Below, in pieces: positions 1-12,559 of a stretch of DNA of 64,000 nucleotides (the first letter of the stretch is position 1; every line of letters begins with the position of its first letter). Origin of the DNA: Raillietiella orientalis (Eukaryota). Location: positions 496,001-560,000 of the forward strand of contig JAYWIR010000014.1 of assembly GCA_036172245.1 (NCBI GenBank), read 5' to 3'. The position numbers and the translations under genes are program-made. Under the pieces are notes generated by a model. That model was not told the DNA's origin. It worked only from the letters and a program-made list of their open reading frames with translations, and did no database searches.

Positions 1-849
1 TGCATTAGCTCTTGTTCTTGCGTTTTTTGTTTTTGTTTTTCCATCATTTTGTTTTCCGTTCCGGAAAACCAACAGCAAAGACTCCTCTCCTTCTCCGGCA
101 TCAATCATGAAGAACAACGGTCCGACGCAAAGGAAAGAGGATCCACGAATTCCACCTCCCGTGATGATTGATTTTTTGCCTCCCGCTTCATCGGAGACTT
201 CGGCTACTTCGGAAGGAGGGAGACGCGAGGGGAAGTCTCGCGGGAAGCGGGACTTCTCCGTGTCCCGGGGGACTCTCCAGGAGCGACCCTGGCTTGCGAA
301 GCCAACTCGCAGGGATCTTTGCGACAAGCAGCCGGCATTCCTTTCACCTTCCCCCCCTTTCCCCCATCTCGCTCGGGGCAGGGAAGGTCCGACGGCAGTC
401 TGCAAGGGTGCCCGCGAGTGGAAGCGCCCTCGGACGAGCGCAGCGGCAGCAGCGCCTGAAAGGTCTTCTTGCGGCTCTCCGGACGTCCAGAACGAGGAAA
501 AAAGTCCCCTCGCCCTCTCCGTTAACGCACACGAGCTGCGACTAGCCTACACGACCCATCGTCCTTCCCGACCCGCTCTGCTTATCCGCGGTAGGGGACC
601 GCTCTCCAGTCCCCTCCCCCTCAATTTCGGATGGGATCAATTAACTGGAGGAAGAACTAAAAAATCCCCTTCCTACCCCCCTACCCCAAGGGAAGAAATA
701 AAAAATTCGCATCATTCGGCGCCTCTCATTACGGGAGGGCATCATCAACATTGTTCCGGAGTGCATGACAACCAAACCATCTCTAGAAAATTAAGCTCCA
801 GAAAACTTTCTCTCGTGAACTTGCATTCTTCCTGAGGACGAAATCCATC

Positions 850-1676
850 CCTTCCATTTGCGTCACTATCAGGCTGTACAGATTTTGCTCTACGCGTGCC
901 GTCCCCCCGTGTCTTCTAGCCTTTGCTCCTGCAGACTGCAGCCCTCCATCCCTCACGAAAGGGCCTCGAACGAAGGATTATCCGAAAGGACGTAAGGGAG
1001 AGAGAGATGGAATCAGGAACCCCAGACCGGATTCCTCCTGTCATTCCGGGAAAGCGAACGAGGAGAGGCCCGATCACTTGGTCTCAGGGGAACGAGACGG
1101 CGGAGAACCCCCAAGAGGACGACGGCAGGTACCCGCGTGGGTCAATCATGGATACTAACCTAGCTCTGATCCAGCCGCCGGAGATGTAGACACCTGACTC
1201 GTGAGGGATCGGATCGACTGCGAGCTGCACCAAGAAGCGCCAAGCGCATAGTGCAGCAGATGCAGCATCCCATCTCCCTCCTGAGAGACGGGCAAGAAGG
1301 ATCTTCTGCGCCAGTTATTCCAAAGCGATGGTCTCGCCTACGCGGCGATTATGAAGCTCTTCTCTTCCTTCCGCAGTATAGTGCTACACACTCCCGCTTC
1401 TGCGAACAGCAGTGCTCTGGCCGAACCTAAACCAGAGGGATAAAACTGAAGTCACTGACACACAGCATCGTTCAAGGTACCGGAAGAGACTGCTAACCCA
1501 CCCTTCACATCTCAGCACCCAATGTCCATTTATTTTTTTATTGACATCCCCCTCCGAACTTCCGTTCCAAAGACGTAACGTCCCCACGACAGCCCTTCGA
1601 CCGGCGATATTCATCCATCCCACATATTTTTATTGTGTTTATCTATTTAAAATAAAGGTCCCGACATCACCGAGTT
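850..1676 (+). mobile_element. Decayed I-group-like LINE 3' fragment (RNase H, C-terminus, 3' UTR)
   Basis: Degenerate RNase H motifs: SGCTDFALRVPS, QTAALH..RKGLE (AEl.A..gL) and VPAWVNHGY*..DPAA (WVPaHvGi.GNe.AD.AA), then SRLRG. A T-rich tract follows at about 1528-1542 and AATAAA at 1651. Confidence 0.55.
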
Positions 1677-1966
1677 TATAGGACCACCAGCTGTCACTGG
1701 TGAGACATGGGCACTGAGCGCGTTTCAGTCTTCACCAACGTCAGAAGATAAAAAAGGAGCTCTTAGACTTTTCGTCTGTTTAAGCCGCATCTCTTACTCT
1801 CTGCTAGAAACGAGACTATATGAAGCGACTCCAGATGAGCAATAGAGTAATCTATTTATTTATTTATTTTTTCCATCAGCATTCCTGATGACATTACGGA
1901 AAAGATAGGTCATTCTGAGAACATTTTAGGCAGTCTAAAGAGGCATACCTGAACAACTGGATCATT

Positions 1967-4830
1967 TTCGACCGGTTACTACGGAGCGTTTTTCTCCAAA
2001 AAGAAGTAAAATAAGCAAGAAATGTGGATTGGCGCATTCAGTAGACTGATCGAGAAAAATCGAGGGGGGGGGGGGGACCACCAACTCATAGGCAGACTGC
2101 TCAGAAGGGGAGGGAGGATAAAAAGGAGAGGATAATAAATAAATAAATAAAAAGGGAGGCAGGGAGAGGAAACACAGATCACACCCGCCGCGTCATCTGT
2201 AGACTGCGTGAGATGCAAGCGCCTTCCTCCCTGACTCCGTTATTCTGAGAAGTTCATTTTGTCGCATTCCTCATCGCGGAATAATCAATGGACCACTGGA
2301 AGCCATAGGATGGTTGGCAGATGCACATTGCATTTCCACTGTAACATTCTGGAGATCCGCTCGTATTCTGGAAAATCTGCCGAAGAACCGCAGAGATAAC
2401 TGGCTCAGTGGAGCTTCCGGCAACCAGCGCTAACGAGGCGGCACGTGAGATGCTCGGAAAAATTCTCCAGGAAACGAAGAAGCGCACTTGAGGAACGCTC
2501 ACGTGGAATACAGAAGAGCGGAAGCTGTAAGGGAAAATGGACGTATAAGCTGAGGACGCTAGAGATGCTGATCTGGTTCACATAGCAAAGCGAATGCTGC
2601 AGCCAGCCTCGTTAACACTGGAAGACTTCTGACCTTCATTGGCATTCAAAGCTGTCGTGGAGTTCAGGGCGATTAAACGATGCTGCGCATGTTTCCGGAT
2701 GGTATCCCTGCTCAGACGGATGCCTCTGAAAAGCTTCCGGATCTCATGAGTAAGCTGAAAGGTGATATCAGGAATACCCGACTCAAGAGTCACGTTTGAT
2801 CGACCAGCGGAAACGCGTCCGTAGCACCGATGCTCTGCACCTGTAGGGGCGACCAGATGTTTTCGTATCTCACAGAGGACACTTGTGGCAGGATAGTAAC
2901 TTACGTATCCTTGGCAAATTGTCTTTCAAAAACCGCGTAGATCCAACATCACCAAACCTCAAAGTGTAGAATCTCAAAGAGGATTTTCATTATCGAAAGT
3001 CCACCTCATACGATCGTGGAATGCTCTAGAGGCTTTGGCTAGGCCGGCCCGTATCGTAGGGGCATTCCAGCTGCGCGAAGACGATGGTCTTCAGAACCTG
3101 CTGGGAAGAACGTTCGCTTCTTCGGACTGGTTTGCTTCTTATTCTCTGGAAGCATTCAGTCACATGTGAGCAACAGCGATCTACAAAACGGAAGCGTGTA
3201 ACCCTCATCCGATGAGCATTTCCGATCGGCATCTCCATCTTTTGGATTGCAGAGGATTGTAGAGGAATGGTCCAAACTAAGATGAGAAAAACAAGGAAGA
3301 CTCAGGACAAGGTTCTGATTCCAGTTGATCCAAATTACCCCGTTCCCTCCCTTGGCACTCCTACCGAACGCAGATCCCCTGCAGATGTCTTTGTATCTCT
3401 CTTTGGCTCGTTGGATGATCGTCTTTGCACGACAGCTCCTGCGTGCCTCCAAACACCATAGGGTATTCCAGGTCCTCCCAACGTACCCGAATCCTGATAA
3501 TTCATCGTCCCTATTGCACATGCCCCTGGGAAGGGAGGCTGCTCGTTTTCTACTAAGGAGCGGGCTTGTACCCTTGGTCCATGTGCTCCATCATCTCTGT
3601 ACTGCCAGGAGATGGACTGTGAATGGCGGTAGCTGCCGCTACTTAGCTTTTGTGACATCGCGGATAGTGAAGCCGATCCCTCAGAGTTCGACCTCGTGAG
3701 GCTGGCATCTCGCTGCTACATCTTGCTAGCGGAGCAGCCAAGATGTTTCCTGCAGCTTGATGGAGGTTCCACGTCATACAGAGCCTGGTCTTCAACAGAT
3801 GGAGAACCACACTGTTCATCTCAAAAAGAAACAAAGAGTGGCCTCCTCAAATGACGGCAAAGCACGGATACGATACCCTTCAGGGAGCACTTCTTTTAGG
3901 TCAGTCACTGAAAAAAGAGAATTCTTCCTAACGTGGTGGAACAACAGAGAAGCCTCTACTTGGTATCTGCATCAGTCAAAGAAGGGAATAAAGAAAAACT
4001 GGATGGGTTACATTCGCCGGTTTCCTGTCAGACTGCCAACAATATCTGGAGCTTCCTTTGTGTTCCACATTCCAGACCGGGAGACTTAGAGAGTGCAAAC
4101 ATCACCAACTCCCTTCGCATACAGTCCAGAGTGATTGCAGACAGCTTTCCAGGATGTTAGTCGCACTCTTCGGGCATTTTGGAGATTATTAGTACCTGCA
4201 TGGGACAGAGGATTGGCAACAGGTAGACAAGTGATAAGTCTGGAGAGGTGAACAGAATGAGGGCAGCATCGGGAATATGAAGTGTTCGATACATGCTGTA
4301 GCATGAATGAGTGAAGAACATAATCCCTTGATCCCCACCATAGCTAGTCTATCCCACTTCTGTTTACTTACTAGCCCTTCCCATCTAACCCGCTTCTCTC
4401 GTTTCTTTCTCTGCGTAGCTTGTGCCTTTAGTTCGCACTATCACATGTTGCATGCTTTAACACCAGGCAATGAGTGGTGTTCGGAGGCTCTGAACTCACC
4501 TGAACGTATGATGCGGAGCATCAGTATCAAGAGCTTGCTTCCCGTAAACCCGACATCCCACTCGGAGAATCAGGATTAAATCTTGACAGCAATTCCCTTT
4601 CTTAATAATCTTAACGTGATTCTTCTCTTCAGTCCCTCCACGTAAGAACTGGACTTTACGAAGGTAGTAAAAGCAAGGTCAAACTCCGCTGACGAGTCAT
4701 CAGCTGAGCAACCAGATTCTTCGGTGAATGAAACTAAGATACGAGTTGCCAGGAAGACCGTGGACATGCCTGCCTTCTACCACTCTTCACCCTCCCCATG
4801 TACTTCAGAAGATTCGTTATCCTAACTTGT
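1967..4830 (-). mobile_element. Decayed I-group-like LINE ORF2 (endonuclease end, RT, RNase H, 3' UTR)
   Basis: Ordered degenerate motifs on the minus strand: EFDLAFT (EN), ARRVRLTSWKAVC (linker), LFEMNSVVLHL..AAGNILAAPLAR, SSGSYR, DLE..YGVWRH (DleKAyD.VW), SVGVPREG (GVPQG), VTRFRF, VLKTIVFAQLE, EILHFE..LDLR, GQKSS..AGC, RIF..SRAASLAL (IFsDS.aAL) and VTVEMQC. Many stops and frameshifts. Confidence 0.8.
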
Positions 4831-5249
4831 TTATTTCAAATGAATGAATCGGAAGTTCAGGATGAAAAAGTTGCGAAATAGCCTCACTCCTCTTTTCTTT
4901 GTTTTCCTTCGGCATTACCAACATGAGCCGAATGAACAATCGAAGCAAAGCGCATTCAACCCGCTGTTGTTCGTATGGAATAGCATTTGGAAGAAGACTT
5001 TGTCTGCTTCCTTTTGTCTGCTTTATCTTTTATAATCAAAGGCTAGTTCGGTGCTCTTTGATGTCTTCAAGGTGTCGGTGCTGAGAAAAATGTATTGAAA
5101 ATATCAAAATGAATGCAAGATGGAACTATTTGGCTTTTTTGCGAAGTGATCCTGAAACAAGACTGCCATGGTCTGGACATCTGACTTCGTAGGCATCATT
5201 TCATGTGGATCAAACTTGCGCTTATCAAAATCTGATAGAAGTTCTGCAA

Positions 5250-7560
5250 AAGGTGAGTTAAACGCTGGCAGTTAAACCACACTGAATGCTGTGATGCCAA
5301 GAACCCCATCATCTTCCTTTTGCTTTGAACCTACACATTCTTTTGAAGATGAATCCCTGGCATAAATGCTCCGGATGGGTATCCATAAACTGACGATACC
5401 TTCCTGGTACCTTTTAGAGCGTCAGTTCTTTTTCCTGAGAAAACCTCCTCTAAGGTTTCTTTCTTGAGATGGACACGCTCGCGCGTTGCCTAGCCAACAT
5501 GCTGACTGCAGAATAAAACTTGCTAGAGATCTGCTTCGAAAAGCGAGTTCCCTCTCATTTCTTCAGCTGTCCATGTCGCTGCAAACACGTAGTCCATCGA
5601 AAGGTTCTTCCCAGATGACAAATAATCAATTTTCAGGTCATTCATCTTGGTTCCTCTGTTTTTGTTGTGTCTCTTCTCACGATCAGGATCCACGTTCTGC
5701 TAGCAACTCATCTCTTTCGGAAAGCAGTTACGAATAATGATGATATGATGATGATATTCCTGTGAATGAAAGTTCCATGTGACGTAGCTTCCGGATTCCT
5801 GTGTAATAGCAACCTTACAAAGGAAGAGAGATTCCAAGACATTTACCAAATTCAGAGGCATTGAAGACTCCTGCCTTTGCTCTTCAAGGACTTCGTGCAC
5901 CACTGTATTTCCGTGTAGACATCAGCAAGGATTTTTTGCACGTTATTGAAAAGGGTTCGGAAAGCGCTCCTTTCCTTTTACTTTACAGAGGAAGAGGGTA
6001 AAAGAAATAACTCTGAGCTCTCCCTGGCCCATAGAATTTGTCTCTGAAGACATGCACTCCTTCAGAGTGGTATTGTTATTTGCCTTGCAGAGGACTCCCC
6101 TAGTAACATCGCATTCTGGCAACCGAAGAACGCATTCCCTAGCAATGCTTTCGATTTTATCGATTCATTTCATCGCGACACTTTTGCAAAACTCTGCACT
6201 CCTGTTCCTGAATAAATTCAGGACCTCGAAAGATAGGTACAAATATACGGACACTATGAGACACGCGTAAATCCTTTGGCACTCTTCAAAAGAGTTGAAA
6301 TAGTGGAAGCTTCTCGAACACCAGCAGCACGGAAATTCCACACATCCGCTGGCTCTTAATTCGGAAATCGCTTTGCTTGAATCGAGGTCACGAATTTTTA
6401 ATCCGCTTCCATCAATTCCTTACTACTTGAACATGCTGCTTGAAATTCTTCCGGTCCCTTCTCTGTGGAATGTTTTCCCGGAATCTGGATTCATCACGAA
6501 TAACTTCGAACTATACTTTTATAATTTCTCCTCAGTTGGTCCTCTTCACTGTTGTTCTGACTCGAGCTAACACACTTCTTCCTTGTCTCCTTTCGTCGAA
6601 GCCACAATCCTCGAGTATTGATACATCTTAGTTTATTAGATTTGGTCACTCTCGAAACACATTTATGAAGGACTACATCAAGTCTTGAAATTCCCAGAGC
6701 TTCTTCGTCGCTTGAGCTTGAGCTTACTTTCATAATTTCTCAAGCTTGAGCAATAAGTTGCGTTCATTTGGGATCCCAGCCTATTGCCTCAGTCTCTAGT
6801 GCATACAGATTCAGAATGCTGGTGGTAAACCAAAAAACATGCTCTTTCTACAGCATTCCACAGCTGGTCTCATCTGTGTTTAATAAACGCATTGTTAGCA
6901 GTTTTGAATGAGCTCCGATAAAGAAGATTCAGAATGAAGATGAGACTAAAGCCATTACTGGATAAGGATCCCCTCTACCTAGTGAACGCGTTCACAGTCT
7001 ACCACGTGATTCGCTGATTTTACCACCTAGTGACATCCGAACTTTGAGACGCAAGCTCAACCTCCAATGAGGATACCTCCCAAATCACATGAAAAAATCA
7101 TTACTTTCACCTAAAATCTCAAAAGCCACTTTTGAATCCTTTTCCATCTTACCCGTTGAGAGCTTCAGAATGAAATCAGCTTTGAAAGTAGGGTGTTCAT
7201 TCTATCGGATAGCATCGGTATCCTGGTATTAGTTGCAGAGATACCAGGTTGCTTAGAATTCTCCTGCATTTATCTCTTTGCCCTTAGTAATTTTAAAGAT
7301 GAGACTGGCTCTCGATGATCTATCAGTTGCATAGCATTCATGTTCTTCAACAGTGTTCAAGTTTGCTTCTCTCCAATGATCCCAAGCTCTTTTGATTTAA
7401 GGCATCAGTCATGTTGGAAAGATCAGAAAGCGCACTTGGTCAGTTCTCGTAGTTCTGTTTAAGCGTTCCAAACTTCGTCGACTCGAAGACATTAACCAAA
7501 AATCTATTTCACCAAATTCGGTCTCTAGTTCAGCCCCAGTTGACTCCTTGAAAGTTGTTG
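5250..7560 (-). mobile_element. Decayed RTE-like LINE (endonuclease plus RT)
   Basis: Minus-strand motifs in order: QVRFLI (GVGFLI), ECYAT (CYAPT), AGEF*A (aGDFNA), PTFKADFIL, AISELRASG (KApG), QSFAKV and QRQESSMPLNLVNVLESLF..SGSYVTWNF..HIII (RQG..SP.LF..vLE..F..G.y...l.FADDI). Confidence 0.7.
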
Positions 7561-7619
7561 GCAAATAACTTACCGGTAATAATTCAAATTGAACCTCCTA
7601 CAACCTCAGCCAAAGAGGT

Positions 7620-8400
7620 GCTCCTTTATGTGTTAGTGAACTATTAGGAATTAGAATAGTGGCAAATGTAGTAAGGCGTACGAGATTTTATTGACAAAAA
7701 TATTATTGGGTGACTGTGACATTCATCAGTAAAAAATATGGCAACCACCTACTAGCAGCTATTGCTGGTAACAGGTGGCTGGCGGATTGTCACATAAAGA
7801 CATTTAGATATTTTTATTGAAGGTAGCTATTTTTCAGTCTGTTGCATGAAATTTTTTCTTTAATTAATCAGGGAGATGATCAGTTGGGAATATGAAACTG
7901 CGGGAATCTATAATCATGGTTTTTCATTTGCCTAAATAACTATAAGATTTGAGCTGCTTGAGAGTAAATTTGATTGAGGACATTGGACATATAAAATCTT
8001 ATAATATAAGACTGCAGATATGATGGATTATTAAGCACCTATTACTTTTCACTGAATAATGGATATAGAATACATATCATGACGTCCAGAATTAATGGTC
8101 TAGAATTAAGCGTTTTTTTGCTATGCTAAGCCACTATAAAGCTAGAAATAAAACAATAAAAAGCTAGAAAAATTGATATTAAGAACTGGGGATGGTTTTT
8201 GCAAATGTTGGTTATTATCTTGAATGTGCTACAAGACCGATTGGGATTGATTATTTTAAGTATAGTTTATACTTCTGGTTATAAATTAATTGGAGAGGGA
8301 AATGAATTGGTTTGGGGGATTGGTGTATTGTATGAAGATGAAATCGATCTTAAGAGTGATTATATAAGAGTTGACATTCCAGAGATGTAAAAATACATGA
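7620..8400 (-). mobile_element. Very AT-rich decayed LINE RT N-terminal fragment
   Basis: EV*TILKIINPNRSC (EV..iik.lnpnKs.G.D), NSRPLIL (NYRPIsL) and MIIDSRSF (D..KAF) occur in the expected order. Confidence 0.4.
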
Positions 8401-9449
8401 GAATTGCAAACTTTTTGTTTTTCATATGATTCATTAGAGTTCTCAGCATCACGAAATGAGATGACTGCGCTAAAAATAAGCGCAGTCTTAGGACTGCGAG
8501 TATTTTAATGATGATAGACGTTCATTGTCCATTTGAGGGTATCAAATCCGAGTTTCCACTTATGAGAATGATGAGTTTTCTTTCTTTAAAAGTTCCAGGC
8601 ATAAAATCTTCCTAACTGAGCTTTTTTGCAATCGCTTCGAACAACTCCAGCTATGCGGAAACCCTGTAACACTTCCAATACAGTGGTTGTTATGTATGTA
8701 TGTATTAGCTTCTGCTCATCAAAGTCTTCTCTTTGCTCATTTAGGTTTCCAGCACTTCCATGACTGTTTCTTATTCAGTTAGCCCCAAAACATTGCCGCA
8801 ATCCCACCCCCGATCCGAGTCGTGTTGTTTCGTCCCCAATTCTCACAAAATGCTTAGCGTTCTGAGTAGGAATTAGCAAAGATTCTGCAAACTCATTAGA
8901 AGCATTGAAAGCAAATCTGTACGAGTTTTCTTCCAGGTCGGTATTCTCCCCGTTTCTGTGTTTGATTCCTGGTTCCCATTGTGTAGAATTTAGAAATATA
9001 GAATTTCCCTTACTGGTTTGCAAGCGAACTCTGGTGGCAGTATGTGTCGTCTTTTTTTAACAGCTTCACTCTGCATATGCTTATGTTCCTTTACTCAAGT
9101 AGAGCAAGTGTGCTTGCAGCATTACCTCAGCGCACCTTCAACCTACACTTGGATTGAATGTCCATCTGTGAAGTTATACTTGAGAGCGTTATAAAAAAAA
9201 AACGATCATGACATTTGACCCTTGAGGATCAAATTCGTTGCTCCTTAATAGATTAATTTGTTTTATTTTATTTTTTTTCACCATATAACTCAGTTCTCAT
9301 AAAAACGCTAATATAAACAAAACATCATGAAAAGAAATCGCAAGAAAAATTTGCCTTTTGGCTCTGCTACTGCGTGCCACTTTGTTCCTGGTCTCTCTGT
9401 CCCGTTACGACTTGCTTCTCTGCTTCTCGGATCTTTCGCAGGTATAGGG

Positions 9450-10000
9450 TAGTATGGTTCATGGTCCAAGCTGGTTGCCGCAGCGTCGTATCGCTATTTC
9501 TCTCCTAAGGTTTCACATTAGGATTTGGGTGGTTAAGACCTGCACAGCCCCTCGAAGTTGTCTCCTTCGGATGAGGATGCTTCGAACGAAAAAGGCCCGA
9601 ACTGCCCCTTGAGACGTGGGACCTACGAGGAGACAACTCGTTCCCCTTGAAAGAGTCTTTGGAGGATTTCCAATCTAGATTTCTCTTGTAAGTCCCTCGC
9701 CTGCTTCATCGCCCTTACTTCCGCAGGTGCATAGGTGGAGTGGACTTCCAGGCTCCCACGTGAGGGAAGTTCCACCGTACGAATTTACAGTCCAGTGTCG
9801 AATCCTTGTGCCCCACAGAACTCTTCCACTGTGCACATCGAGATTCAAACTTTGTGGGCTTTGGTCTCCTAAATGTCGAGGGCTAAAGCCCACAGTCTTT
9901 GACAGGAGAAGGACTTTATTCCCCATTCTTTGATTTTTTGCTGTTGAAGTGAAACGAAAGCATTTACTCCACCGCATGTCGAAATAAGGAAACGGGCCTT
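9450..10000 (-). mobile_element. Possible RTE-like LINE 3' coding remnant
   Basis: SCQRLWAL..RHL..KFESRC..RVLWG (yGcEtW.l..rh...f..rC.r.il) and RLFQGE resemble the RTE C-terminal region. Heavily decayed. Confidence 0.35.
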
Positions 10001-12559
10001 TTGGTTCCTGTACATCCTCCTTATTTTAAAATCGAAAACTTGCAGCGTGCCTATTCCCGACCGGCTATGTAACATCCTGATTTGACCAAGGGATGCTTCG
10101 GATGCGATCTCTGAAATCAGCACTGTTCTTGTCTTATGCACGGCAGGTTTGTATTGCTCTTCTCTCAGAAGAAATTGCAAAAACAAAATGAAAAAATTAA
10201 TTCAGGCAAAGAGAAAAAAGCGCGTTGTTTTTCGTTCATCTCCTGCACCTATGCACCTATATGACACGACAATGACAATGATAATTTGTTTGCTGTCTCT
10301 TTCATTTCGTAACAAATTGCTTGCCTAAATATGAATTCGGAAATTACTTCCATGATCACAAGAAGAGATTTTTACTGGAGAAATTAGCACATAATCTTTG
10401 CTTACGTATTTTTCCTTCATTTCAAAGATTCACACTCCTAATTGGCCCCAAGTGACACAGCTAAAGCATCTCTAGGAAAAATTGTTGGTTCCAGATCTGC
10501 GAAGCGAATAGGTTTCTACAAAATGAAGCCATGCACATCGTCAATATCACAAAATTTCGATCCTTGACGATTGATCCGCTTCTTGATTGCTTCGTTGCAA
10601 CTTTCCCCAGCTATCGTCACGAGAGCGCATTGCAGATATTTGTCCTCTTCGAAATACCCATTTTTAATTCGAATTCAGTTTTCCGCCTTCCATGCAGAGC
10701 TAATCGCGAGTACAAATAGGAGTGAATAAAATTTGATCTAAGCCTGGGAATGTCCTTAATTTCCTCATCATGGAAAGCGATCACTATAAGTTCGCAAAAA
10801 TTGCGATTACGTGCATAATGGCTCGGCATGATGCATGCAAATCTCTATTCGTTCAATGCAGATACTGTGCGTAAATCATCGGACATATGAAACATCAAAA
10901 TGTCGAGAGTAGAAATAATGGACTTTACCAAACAAACGACTTCTTGTTTGAGAAGTGGTTATTTCCGAGCTCGGTGGCTTCCAAGAAACGTTCTATTGAC
11001 CAGAACGGTCAGTGGAGTGGCAAATCAATAATAGAGTTTAACTTTCCCAAATGAGGAACATGCAAAGCATGGGAAATTATAAAAGAAATAAAAAAAAAGT
11101 TTCGAGATAAAGAAAAAATGTTCAGCTGAGACTGCTGAATGATTTAGTATCTTTTTTGTCTAAGATTAGACATGATATGTATTAAATAGTTGCGACTTAA
11201 TGTTCTCCTATAACACTCAAATATGAGAATGCGTTTTTGTTTTTGTTTTTTTGTATGAAGCTATCGTGAATCAAATGAGGGAAATTCGCGCTAAGAAATT
11301 TTTTTTTAATATCTCCCGAATATCTAAACAAAATCACAACTGCAAAACAAAATGTAGAAGTCACGATTTCCCTTAAAAAAAACTCAGCATAAACACCACA
11401 AAGTCTATGAATCATGAGATGACAAGATAATACGTAAAATTTGTTCCATTAATCTAAGAATCAACGAAGTCCAATCACATGAGAGGTAAGATATTTACAA
11501 AAATGTTGAAAAAAGATCATTTTATGGCATTCCGAGATGGATCTCAGTGTAACTGATTTCAGCCATGGCCAAGATCAATAACAAATATACTCGGATGATT
11601 GTCAGTCATTCACCAGTGCCACAACCAAGGATTATTTCTGTTTTTTGCTTTGAAGCACATCTCAAAGGAAATAGATCATTCATGTTTAAGCTTAAAGATA
11701 CACACCAAGTGGAGCCCTGACTTGAGTGAGAGATCAGGCTGGCAGAGTTCTGAAAGAAGTACCTTTTTCTCTAAAGTTTCAAAGTAATCAAAAGGTAGCT
11801 AAATCATAGGTTTTTCATTTATCTTGAAAATCAATTATTCATTTCTTCATATATTTCATTCTTTTCGCAAGAGAAATCATTTTTTTGTGTTCGATCCCAA
11901 AGCCTTTTAAGCATGGGCAACTCCGTTTAAAATTGCAGCATTGCATTCTGGATGACTGCTGATTGGGGAAGATGTTTTTCATCGCAGACTCTGATCTTTC
12001 GAGAGTTGATTTGAGAAACAGGTACGTAACATCGACTTCTTGAGCAAGCAGTTGTCTCATCATCTGATGAGCTTTCAAACCAAAAAAATTCTCACGTGAC
12101 TCATACCTGGTAGTTTGAAATGAAATGCGCCAATGGCAGCAATTCGCAGTTTTGCGTCCTCGAAATCATGCAACATTCAGAAATGTCCTCTTTTGCATTC
12201 ATCATCTTCATGAGGTTCATGAAACAGTATAAATTCCCATCCTTCGTAATTAGGTGGTCTTATCGGACATCCGTGCATTGCTCGTGGGGGGAAATGGCGG
12301 GGGGGGGGGAGCTAGCCAGGAAGCGTGCGCTTCAGTATGTGCCTTTGGAGGATGTGGTGCTGCGGAGTTCATTTTGCTGCATTTGCATTCCAATGCTGCA
12401 GGAATCTTGGCAACTTTCCTTCTGCTACTAAATTGAAAATAGAGAATGAAAAGCACGAAGCACATAGAGAAAGAAAAGCACATTAACTTTTACCGGTCAA
12501 CAGTAAGCCTCGGCAGTCACACGAAGACGACTGAAAAATCCACTGTTAAAGTGGATTCT

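Noticed and set aside
107..835. 242-aa ORF and similar 200-300 aa ORFs in GC-rich DNA (33505-34305, 34935-35843, 38677-39489, 30240-31067)
   Set aside because: They have R/S/P/G-biased composition, overlap each other in several frames and show no domains. Such ORFs are expected by chance in GC-rich sequence or lie antisense to TE relics.
7620..8450. Possible NUMT or viral insert (very AT-rich block)
   Set aside because: No mitochondrial or viral protein could be recognised, and the minus strand fits LINE RT N-terminal motifs better.
8775..9023. C-type-lectin-like WEPG motif ORF
   Set aside because: No conserved cysteine or WND pattern and no supporting exon structure.
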